A stretch of DNA of 64,000 nucleotides from Gammaproteobacteria bacterium. GTDB lineage: Bacteria; Pseudomonadota; Gammaproteobacteria; Ga0077536. Below the pieces are notes generated by a model, which was not told the origin of the DNA, did not search any database, and saw only the letters and a list, made by a program, of their open reading frames with translations. Numbering within the stretch: the stretch's first letter is position 1; each line of letters opens with the position of its first letter. The stretch is taken from the NCBI GenBank assembly GCA_009692365.1, contig SHZJ01000017.1, positions 6,771 to 70,770 on the forward strand, given 5' to 3'. The translations under genes and the position numbers were made by a program. This document shows positions 41,117-54,154 of the stretch, piece by piece.

Positions 41117-42055
41117 CTACCAGACGAGCGCCTGGTCGAAGGCCAGCGCGTAGCGGGTGGCAAATTCCGCGCGGGTAAACCGATGGTTCTGGGTCCCCGC
41201 TTGTTCAATTTTGATGGCCCCCATCAGCGAGGCGATACGGGCAGTAACAGACCACTCCAGCGCGTGCATCAAACCGTAGAGGAGCCCGGCCCGATAGGCA
41301 TCGCCGCAACCAGTGGGGTCACACAGTTGCGCCGGTTTGGCGGGCGGAATGTGCAGCGTTTCGTGGGCTAGATAAACCGTCGATCCCGCCCCCCCACGGG
41401 TGACGATCAGGGCGCTAACTTGGTGGGCAATTTCTTCCAGCGTCCAGCCCGTACGCTCTTGCATGAGTTGCGCCTCGTAGTCGTTCACCGTGACCCAGGT
41501 GGCGTCTTTGATGAACTGCTTGAGGTCATCACCGTTGAACATCGGCAGGCCTTGACCCGGGTCAAAAATGAAGGGGATGCCGGCCCGTACAAACTCCTGC
41601 GCATGCTGGATCATGCCCGCGCGACCATCGGGCGCCAGAATGCCCAAGGTCACGCCCGACGCATCGCTGATCTGATTCTGGTGGGCCGCCTCCATGGCCC
41701 CAGGATGGAACACCGTGATCTGGTTGTCATCGAGGTCGGTGGTGATAAACGCCTGCGCGGTCAGCGTGCTTTCAATCACCCGGACATGTGTGCGGGGGAC
41801 GCCACAGGTATCCATCCACTGCGCGTAAGGCTCGAAATCGATGCCCACCGCACCCATCGGCAACGGATCACCGCCGAGCAATTTGAGGTTATAGGCGATA
41901 TTCCCGGCGCAGCCCCCAAATTCCCGGCGCAACTGCGGCACGAGAAAAGAGACGTTCAGGATATGAATTTTGTCCGGCAGGATGTGATTCTTGAAGCGGT
42001 CTTGGAAGACCATGATGTTGTCGTAGGCGAACGAGCCGCAAATCAGTGCCGACAT
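41117..42055 (-). CDS. PfkB family kinase, adenosine kinase-like
   Basis: ICGSFAYD, FGGCAGNIAY, FDPGQ, VNDYE, DPTGCGDAYRAG; start adjusted. Confidence 0.85.
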   Translation of the reverse strand: MSALICGSFAYDNIMVFQDRFKNHILPDKIHILNVSFLVPQLRREFGGCAGNIAYNLKLLGGDPLPMGAVGIDFEPYAQWMDTCGVPRTHVRVIESTLTAQAFITTDLDDNQITVFHPGAMEAAHQNQISDASGVTLGILAPDGRAGMIQHAQEFVRAGIPFIFDPGQGLPMFNGDDLKQFIKDATWVTVNDYEAQLMQERTGWTLEEIAHQVSALIVTRGGAGSTVYLAHETLHIPPAKPAQLCDPTGCGDAYRAGLLYGLMHALEWSVTARIASLMGAIKIEQAGTQNHRFTRAEFATRYALAFDQALVW

Positions 42056-42177
42056 GACAGACCCTTTGGTTGCGTGAAAGGCGGCCATGGTGCCTGAGCT
42101 GCGGCTGGCACGCTACTTGGGGGCGCGGGCGCCAGCCCGCCGACCGTCGCGGTGACACGGCACGCCCCCGGCCTGCG

Positions 42178-43875
42178 TTATTGGGCGACCTCTACGCGAT
42201 TGCGGCCGTTTTTTTTGGCCTCGAAAAGCGCCGCATCCGCGCGCGCCACCAGCGTCTCCGGGGACTCGCCCAGGGCGGGATTGGCGCTCGCCACACCGAT
42301 GCTGACGCTCACCACCTCGAAGTGGGAGCTGGGATGCGGCAGAATCTTGGCCAACACCAACTGGCGGAGTGATTCCGCCACCTGCAGCGCCCCCGCGGAG
42401 TCGGTGGCTGGCAGCACCAGCGCAAATTCTTCGCCGCCATAGCGCGCCGCCACATCGCCCGGACGGCGCAGGCATTCGGTCATGGCGCCGGCCAAAATCG
42501 CCAGGCACGTGTCGCCCGCTGGGTGTCCAAGTCGGTCGTTGTACTGTTTGAACCAATCGACGTCGACCATGAGCAACGACAGCGCCTCCTGCGAGCGTTG
42601 GGCGGAACTCCAAGCACGCGGCAAGGCCTCATCGAACCCCCGGCGATTTAATAGCCCGGTTAAGTGGTCTAGCCGCGCCAGCTGTTGCAGCTTGGTGTTG
42701 GTTTCCTCGAGCTTCTGGGTGCGCTCCCACACCAGCTTTTCTAGCTCCCGATTGCGTTGACCCAAGCTGGCCATGTAGGCCCTGCGATGCCGTCGCCGGC
42801 GCACCACCAACAGCACTATGAGACTGCCCGCCGACGCGATAAGCACCGCTTGTACTGTTTTGATCACACTAACCTCGGCCGCGATATTTGCTTGGATAGT
42901 GCCTGCATCCAACCGGAAAATCGCCCACGCGCCCACCGCTGGCAAAGGCCCGAGCAGCAGGAAGTCAGTCCCCTCCCGGATGACCACCACCTCGGTGCCC
43001 GAGGCTTGCTTCAGGACGGCTAAAAAGCTGCTCGGAAGCTGCTCACCCGGCTCTGCGATCTTGCCCTCGGACATCCACATCGCGCCGTCGGTTTGCCCCA
43101 CATACATCGGATGTACCCGCCAACTACGCACCTCCGACGGGCGCATCATGTCTTGGAATAACTGTTCCAGCACCACGTCGTGACCCACCGATCCCGCCCA
43201 CACGCCGTCGCGAAAGAAGGGCGCCACGACGCTCACTAGCCACTTGCCAGCCACCGGATCGTAGAGCCGCGTGGTCCAGCGAACTCGGGCTTTAGGATTT
43301 TGCTCCGGCCCGGTTAGGGTCATCCATGGGGTGGCGCGATAGTCGGTAGTGACTGTGGCATTGAAGATAAACTGCGGCCACGCCGGCACGAAAATGATCT
43401 CGCCGCCAGACACGGGCAACACCCAGCTATTGATGACCGTCTCGTTGAGTGCGCCGAGTCCAAAAATTTCGGTGTTCCGCAGCGACCGCAAAAAAAACCG
43501 GCGGGTGTCGGGGTCAGCCGCCGCGCTAGCGGGCAGCCAGACCCCGGCGCTGCGGGTTGGATCAAAGCCCTCGCGCGAGCTGCGCCAGACCCCATCGGGT
43601 TCCGCCACCACTAGCGCCCCGAAATCTGCGCTTTCCTTTGCCAGTTCCGCGCTATCAACCGATATTAATTGGCCAAATCGGCCCGCGGTTTTCTCAGCCT
43701 CCAGCAGGCGGCTATTCAACTGCGCTAGCCCAAAGCTGATATCGGCGCGCTGCTCGTGCACGATGCCGTCAATGAGGTAGCGTGAGAGGCGGGTTTCCAC
43801 TGCATAGGAGCCCAAGGCGGCGACCCCCACGCTGAGCACCACGATCGCAATGTCTTTTGCAGTGGCTAATCTCAT
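42178..43875 (-). CDS. Membrane-bound diguanylate cyclase with Cache-like sensor
   Basis: Two TM helices; WTTRLYDPVAGKWLVSVVAP; DHLTGLLNRR, DVDWFK, RPGD I-site, RYGGEEF; start adjusted. Confidence 0.88.
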   Translation of the reverse strand: MRLATAKDIAIVVLSVGVAALGSYAVETRLSRYLIDGIVHEQRADISFGLAQLNSRLLEAEKTAGRFGQLISVDSAELAKESADFGALVVAEPDGVWRSSREGFDPTRSAGVWLPASAAADPDTRRFFLRSLRNTEIFGLGALNETVINSWVLPVSGGEIIFVPAWPQFIFNATVTTDYRATPWMTLTGPEQNPKARVRWTTRLYDPVAGKWLVSVVAPFFRDGVWAGSVGHDVVLEQLFQDMMRPSEVRSWRVHPMYVGQTDGAMWMSEGKIAEPGEQLPSSFLAVLKQASGTEVVVIREGTDFLLLGPLPAVGAWAIFRLDAGTIQANIAAEVSVIKTVQAVLIASAGSLIVLLVVRRRRHRRAYMASLGQRNRELEKLVWERTQKLEETNTKLQQLARLDHLTGLLNRRGFDEALPRAWSSAQRSQEALSLLMVDVDWFKQYNDRLGHPAGDTCLAILAGAMTECLRRPGDVAARYGGEEFALVLPATDSAGALQVAESLRQLVLAKILPHPSSHFEVVSVSIGVASANPALGESPETLVARADAALFEAKKNGRNRVEVAQ

Positions 43876-43983
43876 GGCCGAGCTCCCCGCGGTTGACCTT
43901 AACCCTGCGCATCGATCCACCGGTATCTGCCCTAGACGGGTCTGACGCATCATGCACCATACCACGGTCAGGTGGGCGCCCAA

Positions 43984-46821
<2,838 letters not shown>

Positions 46822-46928
46822 GGGTGACGGGAAGGTGCTCGCTAGCCTGATGAAACGGCGGGCAGGTAATATACGGGCATTCCAATCTTCCCGGCAAAAC
46901 GAATTCACTTGTGAACAACGGCGACCCA

Positions 46929-48122
46929 ATGACCCCCACCGAGTGGCGGACGGCATTCGCCCTCGCGGCGGTTTTTTTCATGCGGATGCTCGGCCTGTTC
47001 ATGGTCGTGCCGGTACTCGGGCGCTACGTCAGACATTTCGAGGCCGCGACGCCGCTGTTGATTGGGCTCGCGCTGGGCATTTACGGCGCAACCCAGGCGG
47101 TCCTGCAAATTCCGTTCGGCCGGTGGTCCGACCGCATAGGTCGTAAACCGGTGATCAGCGCGGGGCTAGTGGTGTTTATCGCGGGCAGCCTTCTGTGCGC
47201 CTTGGCCGCCAGCGCGGCCAGCATCTGGGGCGTGGTGATCGGGCGCGCTGTGCAGGGCGCGGGCGCGGTGTCAGGCACCACGCTGGCGCTGGCCGCCGAC
47301 CTCACCCGGGCGACGGAGCGCACGAAAACCATGGCCGTCATTGGCATTTGTATTGGCGCCGCGTTTTCGGTCGCCTTTGTGGTGGGCCCACTGCTAGACG
47401 CGCACTTTGGCTTAGCCGGGGTGTTTTTGGCGAGCGCGGTGCTGGGCGTGGCGGCGCTCGTCCTGCTGTGGGCCTGCGTGCCCACCCCACGCGTCGAGGA
47501 TCTCGATCCCGTGCGCGCGACCGACACCCCTGAATTCGCGGGGAATCAGTTCGAACTCTGGCGCCTGCAGATGGGCGTGTTGTTCCTGCATATGGCCCTT
47601 ACCGCCAGTTTTGTCTCGATTCCGGTGGTGTTGTCGCAAGAACTCTCGCTGGCCGCCAATCGCGATTTTGAAATCTACCTCCCGGTGCTGCTGCTCTCGG
47701 TGGTGGCACTGGGTCCCGCGCTGGCATTGGCGCGTCGCCCGGCGTGGAGCGCGCGGGTTTTTGCCGGCGCGATCCTCTGCCTGGGACTTGGGGAACTATT
47801 GCTGTGGCTAGTACCGGCCCGCGTCTGGCCCGTGGGTGCTGCCCTCACGCTGTTTTTTACCGGCTTCAATTTTCTGGAAGCTTCCCTGCCCAGCCAGATT
47901 TCCCGGGCGGCCCCGGCGGCCCGCAAAGGCGCGGCGCTGGGCGCCTACTCCACCGGCCAGTTCATCGGCATGTTTGTGGGTGGGGTCAGCGGCGGCTGGA
48001 TTGCCAGCCACCTCGGCACGCGCGGGGTTTTTGCCGCCGTGGCGTTACTGTGCCTGTGCTGGTGGGTGCTGGCCGTGCGCCAGCCTGCGACGCGCGCGCC
48101 GGTGGCCACCGCTAGCGCTTGA
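46929..48122 (+). CDS. MFS transporter, YajR-like
   Basis: [38 protein letters not shown]; position between uvrA and ssb. Confidence 0.85.
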   Translation: MTPTEWRTAFALAAVFFMRMLGLFMVVPVLGRYVRHFEAATPLLIGLALGIYGATQAVLQIPFGRWSDRIGRKPVISAGLVVFIAGSLLCALAASAASIWGVVIGRAVQGAGAVSGTTLALAADLTRATERTKTMAVIGICIGAAFSVAFVVGPLLDAHFGLAGVFLASAVLGVAALVLLWACVPTPRVEDLDPVRATDTPEFAGNQFELWRLQMGVLFLHMALTASFVSIPVVLSQELSLAANRDFEIYLPVLLLSVVALGPALALARRPAWSARVFAGAILCLGLGELLLWLVPARVWPVGAALTLFFTGFNFLEASLPSQISRAAPAARKGAALGAYSTGQFIGMFVGGVSGGWIASHLGTRGVFAAVALLCLCWWVLAVRQPATRAPVATASA

Positions 48123-48245
48123 AGCCCCCCCGCTTCGCCCCGCTGTGCTGGCGGGTTCTACGCACCGGCCGAGGCGTAGCTTAGAATCCTCATACCGCGC
48201 AAGGATGTGCGGCCCCTCACCTAACCAGACAAATGGAGAACACCC

Positions 48246-48764
48246 ATGGCTCGCGGCTTGAACAAAGTAATGCTCATCGGCAATCTCGGCGCCGATCCGG
48301 AAATTCGCTACGGCACGGGCGGCGGCAGCCAGATCACCAATATCCGGCTGGCCACCGCTGAATCCTGGCGCGATAAAGAAACAGGCGACCAGCAGGAGCG
48401 CACCGAATGGCACCGCGTGGTGTTTTTTGGGCGGCTGGCCGAGATCGCGGGTGAGTACCTAAAAAAGGGCTCGCAGGTGTACCTGGAAGGGCGGATCCAG
48501 ACCCGCAAATGGAACGACAAAGACGGCACGGAGCGCTATTCCACCGAAATCGTCGCCAGCGAAATGCAAATGCTGGGGGGCCGGGCCGGGAGTGGCGGGG
48601 GTGGCTTTGAAGCCCCCGCAGCTGGCCGCAGCGGTGGCGCGGGTGGCGGCTATGACGCCCCTCCGGCCGCCCGCAGTGGCGGCGGTGGCGGTGGTGGCGC
48701 GCGCGGCGGGGCCCGCGAGCCACCCTCGGCGCCCCCGGATTTCGACGACGACATTCCGTTCTAG
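48246..48764 (+). CDS. ssb: Single-stranded DNA-binding protein
   Basis: [23 protein letters not shown], Gly-rich linker, C-terminal DFDDDIPF. Confidence 0.97.
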   Translation: MARGLNKVMLIGNLGADPEIRYGTGGGSQITNIRLATAESWRDKETGDQQERTEWHRVVFFGRLAEIAGEYLKKGSQVYLEGRIQTRKWNDKDGTERYSTEIVASEMQMLGGRAGSGGGGFEAPAAGRSGGAGGGYDAPPAARSGGGGGGGARGGAREPPSAPPDFDDDIPF

Positions 48765-48786
48765 AACCAGCGCTGCGGGTCCACCC

Positions 48787-50241
48787 TCACACGCTCAACA
48801 ACGTGATCGTGGGCGTATTGAGCTCGCGATCGGCGTGAAAGCCCCGCACGAGCACGATGAAATCGCCGGGACCCGCGAGCCCCGCACGTTGCACCGCCCG
48901 CCGCGCCAACACGTTGGGATGGTCTTGCCCAGTGGCGGGGTCCAGCATCGGCACCGCGCCCCAGAGCAGACTCATGCGGCGGCAAGTGGCCGGCTCGGCA
49001 GACACCACCACCACCGGTGCGGCCGGACGCGCCGCGCACACGGTGGCGGCGGTCACGCCGCGGCTGGTAATCACCACCACCGCGCAGGCCTGCGTGTCGG
49101 CGACCAGTTGGGCGGTTGCGCTCGCCACCGCATCGCCCGCCGACACCTCACCGTGGGCTGCTGCCAGCGCCGCCCGCACCCCGCGGCGCCGGCTGTGCAA
49201 CTGGTAAGCCTCCGTCTGATAGACGATGCGGCTCATGATTTCGACCGTCTCAACGGCGAAAGCGCCCACCGCGGTTTCGCCGGAGAGCATCACCGCGTCG
49301 GCCCCGCTGGCGACCGCGTTGGAGACGTCGGTGACCTCGGCACGGGTGGGACGGGCGTTGGCGATCATGGACTCCAGCATTTGGGTAGCCACTATCACCT
49401 GCTTATCGTGGCGCCCCGCGAGTCGAATCAACTGGCGCTGCGCCGCGGGCACTTGTTCGGGGGGTAGTTCAACACCCAAATCGCCGCGCGCCACCATGAT
49501 GCCGTCGGCGGCCGCGAGAATCGCCGCGCTATTGGCCAGCGCTTCGGGCTTTTCAATCTTGGCGATGACCGCCGGCCGCGTTTCCGCCGGCCCCAGTAAA
49601 TCCAGCAGCGAGTCGACATCGGCGCGTTCGCGCACAAAGGACAGGGCGATGAAATCGACCGCCTGCGCGAGGGCAAACTGAGCATCCAGGCGGTCTTTGT
49701 CCGTGAGCGAGGGTGCCGACACCTGCACCCCCGGTAAGTTGATGCCCTTGTGGTCGCCGATGACCCCGCCCTGCACGACCCGGCAACGGACTTCTGTGCC
49801 CGCGATCGACAGCACGGTCAGTTCGGCGGCACCGTCGTTGAGCAAAATGCGATCGCCCGGCCGCACATCCGTTGCAAGGCCCGCGTACTGCGAAGAAATG
49901 AGTCCTGCGTGCCCCACCACCGCGCGGGTCGTGATCGTCGTTGCGGCATCCCGCAGCAGGGTTAGCGGGGTCACGGCGAATTGCCCCATGCGGATCTTGG
50001 GCCCGCACAAATCGGCGAGGATTGCCGTATGCGTGCCGAGCTTGGCCGCCTCGTGGCGGATCGTGGCGATCGCCGCGGCATGTTCAACGTGCGTGCCGTG
50101 CGACATATTCACGCGAAAAACATCGACCCCCGCGCCAATCAGGGCGCGCACCTGCGCCGGTTCGCGCGAGCGCGGGCCGATGGTGGCAACAATTTTAGTG
50201 GCCCGGTATTTGCGCAACTCAAAACTGGTCACGATCGACAT
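48787..50241 (-). CDS. pyk: Pyruvate kinase
   Basis: TKIVATIGP, RVNMSHG, IAKIE, GIMVARGDLG, ATQMLESM, MLSGETA; start adjusted. Confidence 0.95.
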   Translation of the reverse strand: MSIVTSFELRKYRATKIVATIGPRSREPAQVRALIGAGVDVFRVNMSHGTHVEHAAAIATIRHEAAKLGTHTAILADLCGPKIRMGQFAVTPLTLLRDAATTITTRAVVGHAGLISSQYAGLATDVRPGDRILLNDGAAELTVLSIAGTEVRCRVVQGGVIGDHKGINLPGVQVSAPSLTDKDRLDAQFALAQAVDFIALSFVRERADVDSLLDLLGPAETRPAVIAKIEKPEALANSAAILAAADGIMVARGDLGVELPPEQVPAAQRQLIRLAGRHDKQVIVATQMLESMIANARPTRAEVTDVSNAVASGADAVMLSGETAVGAFAVETVEIMSRIVYQTEAYQLHSRRRGVRAALAAAHGEVSAGDAVASATAQLVADTQACAVVVITSRGVTAATVCAARPAAPVVVVSAEPATCRRMSLLWGAVPMLDPATGQDHPNVLARRAVQRAGLAGPGDFIVLVRGFHADRELNTPTITLLSV

Positions 50242-50355
50242 GGATGGAAGCCTCACGCGTTGCGGACAGACCGGCGCAACTTCGCCGTGGCCGACAACAT
50301 AACCTCTTTTCGTGACGGCAAAGTTCTCTGCTGCAAACACGCCGGGCCACTAAAC

Positions 50356-52764
50356 CTATTTTCTGGCGCCCCGCCGCCGGAAAACCTGCGCCGCGATCTC
50401 GCGGAAATGCGCCACAAAATGCACCTCCAGACCCTGGCGAATGTAGCCCGGCAATTCGTCGTAATCGTGCCGGTTGGCGGCCGGCAAAATTGCGGCCCGA
50501 AGGCCCACTCGTTTGGCCGCGATGAGCTTCTCGCGGATGCCACCGACCGGCAGCACCCGGCCGGTGAGCGTGAGTTCGCCGGTCATCGCCAAAGGCCGGG
50601 CCAAGCCCTCGTTACGGGCGAGCGACAGCAGGGCCGTGGCCATCGTGATGCCCGCGCTGGGTCCATCTTTGGGGGTCGCACCTTCGGGCACGTGGAGATG
50701 AACGTAGGCCTCGTCAAAGAACACCGGATCGCCCTCATACTCGGCCAAATGGGCCGTGATGTAGCTGTAGGCGATCTCGGCGGATTCCCGCATCACTTCC
50801 CCCAGCTGGCCCGTGAGCCGAAAACCCCTGTTTTTGGTGTGCACGCGCGCCGCCTCCACCTCTAAAGTGACGCCACCCATCGTCGTCCAGGCCAGCCCGG
50901 TCACCACCCCCACCCCACGCTGGGGGATTTCCTGCCGAAACAGTGGCTGTCCCAGGTAATCGACCAAATTTGCGGGAGCGAGGCTAATTTTCGTCGTGCG
51001 ATCCCCTAGCACCTGCAGCGCCACTTTGCGCGCGACGCGGTTGAGTTGTTTCTCCAGATTGCGCACCCCAGCTTCGCGCGCATACCCGTCGATTACCGCG
51101 CGCAGTCCGGCGTCTGAGACCCGCAGTTGGGTGGGCTTGAGCCCGGCCTTGGCCCGCACTTTTGGCAGCAAATGCCGCTTCGCGATGGCCATTTTTTCTT
51201 GGGTGACATAACCCGGCAGCCGGATAACCTCCATGCGATCCAACAGCGGTCGGGGGATGGTGTCCAGCTGGTTGGCCGTGCAGATGAACAGCGCGCGCGA
51301 GAAATCCACGCCGATATCCAGGTAGTGGTCGAGAAAACCCGCGTTCTGTTCCGGGTCCAGCACCTCCAGTAGTGCCGAGGCCGGATCACCTTGATAGGAG
51401 CTGCCGATCTTGTCGATTTCATCCAGCACAATCACCGGATTCGCGCTTTGCGACTCCCGCAGCGCCTGAATGAACTTGCCCGGCATGGCCCCGATATAAG
51501 TCCGTCGATGCCCTTTGATTTCCGCCTCATCGCGCATCCCGCCCACACTGAAGCGATAGAACTGACGTCCCAGCGCATCGGCAACGGAACGACCCACCGA
51601 GGTTTTACCCACCCCCGGCGGCCCCACCAGCAGCAAAATAGAGCCCGCCACGCGCCCGGTTAAAGCGCCGACGCCAAGGAACTCGATGATGCGTTCTTTG
51701 ACGTCCGCCAAGCCTTCATGGTCCTGGTCCAGCATCTGCCGCGCGTGCGGGATATCGATGCGGTCGGGGGTGTACTTACCCCACGGCAACGACGTCAAAA
51801 CATCCAGATAGTTGCGCGTGCCGGCGTATTCGGGCGAACCCGTCTCGAGCAAAGAAAACTTGCGCGACTCTTCGTCAATCTTTTTCTGTGCGGCCACCGG
51901 CACCACACACTCGCTCAGGCGCTCGCGAAAACGTTCGAGCTCCACTGTTTTATCGTCTTTTGAGATGCCCAGCTGCTGCTGAATTTCCTTGAGTTGTTCG
52001 CGGAGAAAAAATTCCCGCTGCCGCTCGCTGACCCGTTCCTCGACTTTCTGGCGGATCTGGCTCTGCAGCCCCGCCAGTTCCACTTCGCGCTGGATCAGCA
52101 GCATGACTTTTTCCATCCGCCGCAGCAGCGGCACAGTTTCGAGCACGTCTTGCAGGTCATCGCTCGACGCGCTGCTCATGGCGGCGGCAAAATCTGCCAG
52201 CGGCGAGGCTTCGTCTGGGCTAAAGCGCTCCAGATAAGACTTCACATTTTCCTGATAGAAAGGGTTGTGCTGCAGCAACTCGCGAATTTTCGCGCTGATG
52301 GCTAACGCGTAGGCCCGTACTTCCTGCGGATTTTCGAGCGGCGGCTCGGGATATTCGACCTCCGCCACGAAAGGCGGCTCGCTGGCCGTCCAGTCGAGCA
52401 CCCGAAAGCGCTGCAGACCGGCAGCAATAAACTGGATATAGCCGTCGTTGCGCAGGGGCTGGCGCATGCGCACCACGGTGCCCATCGCGTGAAAATCGGC
52501 CGTCGTCGGCACCCCTTGGCCGTTCGGTCGCACCAGAATCAGGCCCACCAGTTGCTGCGGGGTGTTGCCCACCCGCTCAACCGTCTCGCGCCAGAGCGCC
52601 TCTGGCAACACGATGGGCATGGTCTGCGCGGGGAAAAATGGCCGGGTCTGCACCGGCAGCAGGAGCAATTTCCCCGGCAGGGTGTCGCGCACCCGCGCGG
52701 GCAACTGGCTGTGTTCCGGGCCGTTGGATGGGTGGGTCGGCGAGTCGATGGTGCGCTTGGTCAT
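50356..52764 (-). CDS. lon: ATP-dependent Lon protease (endopeptidase La)
   Basis: GPPGVGKTS, LDEIDK, GLAWT, PKDGPSAG (catalytic Ser), GGIREK (catalytic Lys). Confidence 0.95.
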   Translation of the reverse strand: MTKRTIDSPTHPSNGPEHSQLPARVRDTLPGKLLLLPVQTRPFFPAQTMPIVLPEALWRETVERVGNTPQQLVGLILVRPNGQGVPTTADFHAMGTVVRMRQPLRNDGYIQFIAAGLQRFRVLDWTASEPPFVAEVEYPEPPLENPQEVRAYALAISAKIRELLQHNPFYQENVKSYLERFSPDEASPLADFAAAMSSASSDDLQDVLETVPLLRRMEKVMLLIQREVELAGLQSQIRQKVEERVSERQREFFLREQLKEIQQQLGISKDDKTVELERFRERLSECVVPVAAQKKIDEESRKFSLLETGSPEYAGTRNYLDVLTSLPWGKYTPDRIDIPHARQMLDQDHEGLADVKERIIEFLGVGALTGRVAGSILLLVGPPGVGKTSVGRSVADALGRQFYRFSVGGMRDEAEIKGHRRTYIGAMPGKFIQALRESQSANPVIVLDEIDKIGSSYQGDPASALLEVLDPEQNAGFLDHYLDIGVDFSRALFICTANQLDTIPRPLLDRMEVIRLPGYVTQEKMAIAKRHLLPKVRAKAGLKPTQLRVSDAGLRAVIDGYAREAGVRNLEKQLNRVARKVALQVLGDRTTKISLAPANLVDYLGQPLFRQEIPQRGVGVVTGLAWTTMGGVTLEVEAARVHTKNRGFRLTGQLGEVMRESAEIAYSYITAHLAEYEGDPVFFDEAYVHLHVPEGATPKDGPSAGITMATALLSLARNEGLARPLAMTGELTLTGRVLPVGGIREKLIAAKRVGLRAAILPAANRHDYDELPGYIRQGLEVHFVAHFREIAAQVFRRRGARK

Positions 52765-52828
52765 GCCCGTTCCTGCATCTGCGACGCCAACTGCGTCCTA
52801 CTCTAGATGAGGATCGGCGCGGCGATTT

Positions 52829-54100
52829 TCAAGGCGGCTCGCTGGCCTCAGGCGCGATGGCTTGTAACGCCGCGAGCAGCGTGGCCGCATCGGCGTAGCG
52901 ATCGGCGGGCGCTTTGGCCAGCAATCGTTCGACAATCGGCTGAAAGCGCTGGGCCGTCGCGGGTAACTCTGGGATGGCTGCATGGATATGCTGGTGGATA
53001 AGATCCATCGCGCTGGCGGCTCTAAAAGGCTTTTGACCACTCAGCATCTGGAACAAAATGACGCCGGCGCTGTAGAGATCCGTCCGCTGGTCCGTGGGCC
53101 GTCCTAGCCCCTGCTCCGGGCTGAGATAACTGGGCGTACCCAACACGCTGCCCACATGCGTGAGGTTCCTAGCTTCCTCGATGCGCCGAGAAATCCCAAA
53201 ATCTGCTAGCGCCAGGCTGTCATCGGCGCGAAACATGATATTGCCCGGCTTGAGATCGCGATGAATGACCCCCAGGGTGTGGATGGCGCGCAAGCCCTGC
53301 ACGATGCGCAGAAAATAACGCACCGCGTTAGCGGGCGCGATCCCTCGCTCCAAGCGCAACTTTAAGTCTCCGCGCGCGAAAAATTCCATCGCCAAATAAC
53401 CGTAACTGTCAGTGAAGCCATGGGCGTAGAACTTCACAACTTGGGGCACGTCGATCGCGGCGATCAGTTCCGCCTCGCGCACAAACCGCGCCAGCACATT
53501 GGGTTCACGAGTCGCGACGACGTCGATCACCTTGACCACCAGCAGCGGCCCCCGGCTACCGCGGCGGCGCGCCAGATAAATTCGCGAGTTCGCACCCTGC
53601 CCGATGAGCCGTTCAAAGTGAAAGCCGATGCGCTCACCGTTGGGCGGCAGCGTGAGGTTGCACGCTAGTGCGCGCCGCTGGGCCTGCGCCGGCGCGCCGT
53701 CCAGCGTCGAATCCTCACCCAACACCCGCGCGTCCGTCGCCGCGCGCACCATCGGCAATAAGCGCTGGGGGGTGAGGTGCTGTTTGCTGAGGAAGTCACA
53801 GGCGCCTGACCGCAGTGCCAATGCGGCTAGATAGTCATCCGCGAGGTTCGCCAACATGATCGTGGGGGGAAAGCCCGGCACGTGGCGATAGCGAGTCAGC
53901 CAGTCCAGGCCCGTAGCGCCGCCACCCAGTTCATCGCTGAGCAACAACAACGCGTAGAGCGACCAGTCAAAGCCAGGGGGGGGCGGGCCTTGCTGCTCGG
54001 GATCGTATTCCGTGACCTCGACGTCCGGCAGTTCGCTGGCCAGCAGCCGGCGCAGCGAGGTCGTAAACTCGCGGGATGCGTCGACGATGATGATTTTCAT
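52829..54100 (-). CDS. Atypical receiver domain-Hanks-type Ser/Thr protein kinase fusion (paralog 2)
   Basis: Receiver-like N-terminus; GQGANSRIY, VVK, HRDLKPGN, DFG, GTPSYLSPE, DLYSAG. Confidence 0.88.
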   Translation of the reverse strand: MKIIIVDASREFTTSLRRLLASELPDVEVTEYDPEQQGPPPPGFDWSLYALLLLSDELGGGATGLDWLTRYRHVPGFPPTIMLANLADDYLAALALRSGACDFLSKQHLTPQRLLPMVRAATDARVLGEDSTLDGAPAQAQRRALACNLTLPPNGERIGFHFERLIGQGANSRIYLARRRGSRGPLLVVKVIDVVATREPNVLARFVREAELIAAIDVPQVVKFYAHGFTDSYGYLAMEFFARGDLKLRLERGIAPANAVRYFLRIVQGLRAIHTLGVIHRDLKPGNIMFRADDSLALADFGISRRIEEARNLTHVGSVLGTPSYLSPEQGLGRPTDQRTDLYSAGVILFQMLSGQKPFRAASAMDLIHQHIHAAIPELPATAQRFQPIVERLLAKAPADRYADAATLLAALQAIAPEASEPP

Positions 54101-54154
54101 CCAGCAGACCTGCTTGAATTCTTGAGCCTCGTTAAGCGGCTCCGTGCGATGGCG

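Noticed and set aside
46822..46928. LexA/SOS box upstream of uvrA
   Set aside because: No convincing CTGT-N8-ACAG match seen in the intergenic region.
48576..48720. Gly-rich repeats in ssb
   Set aside because: Normal disordered SSB linker.
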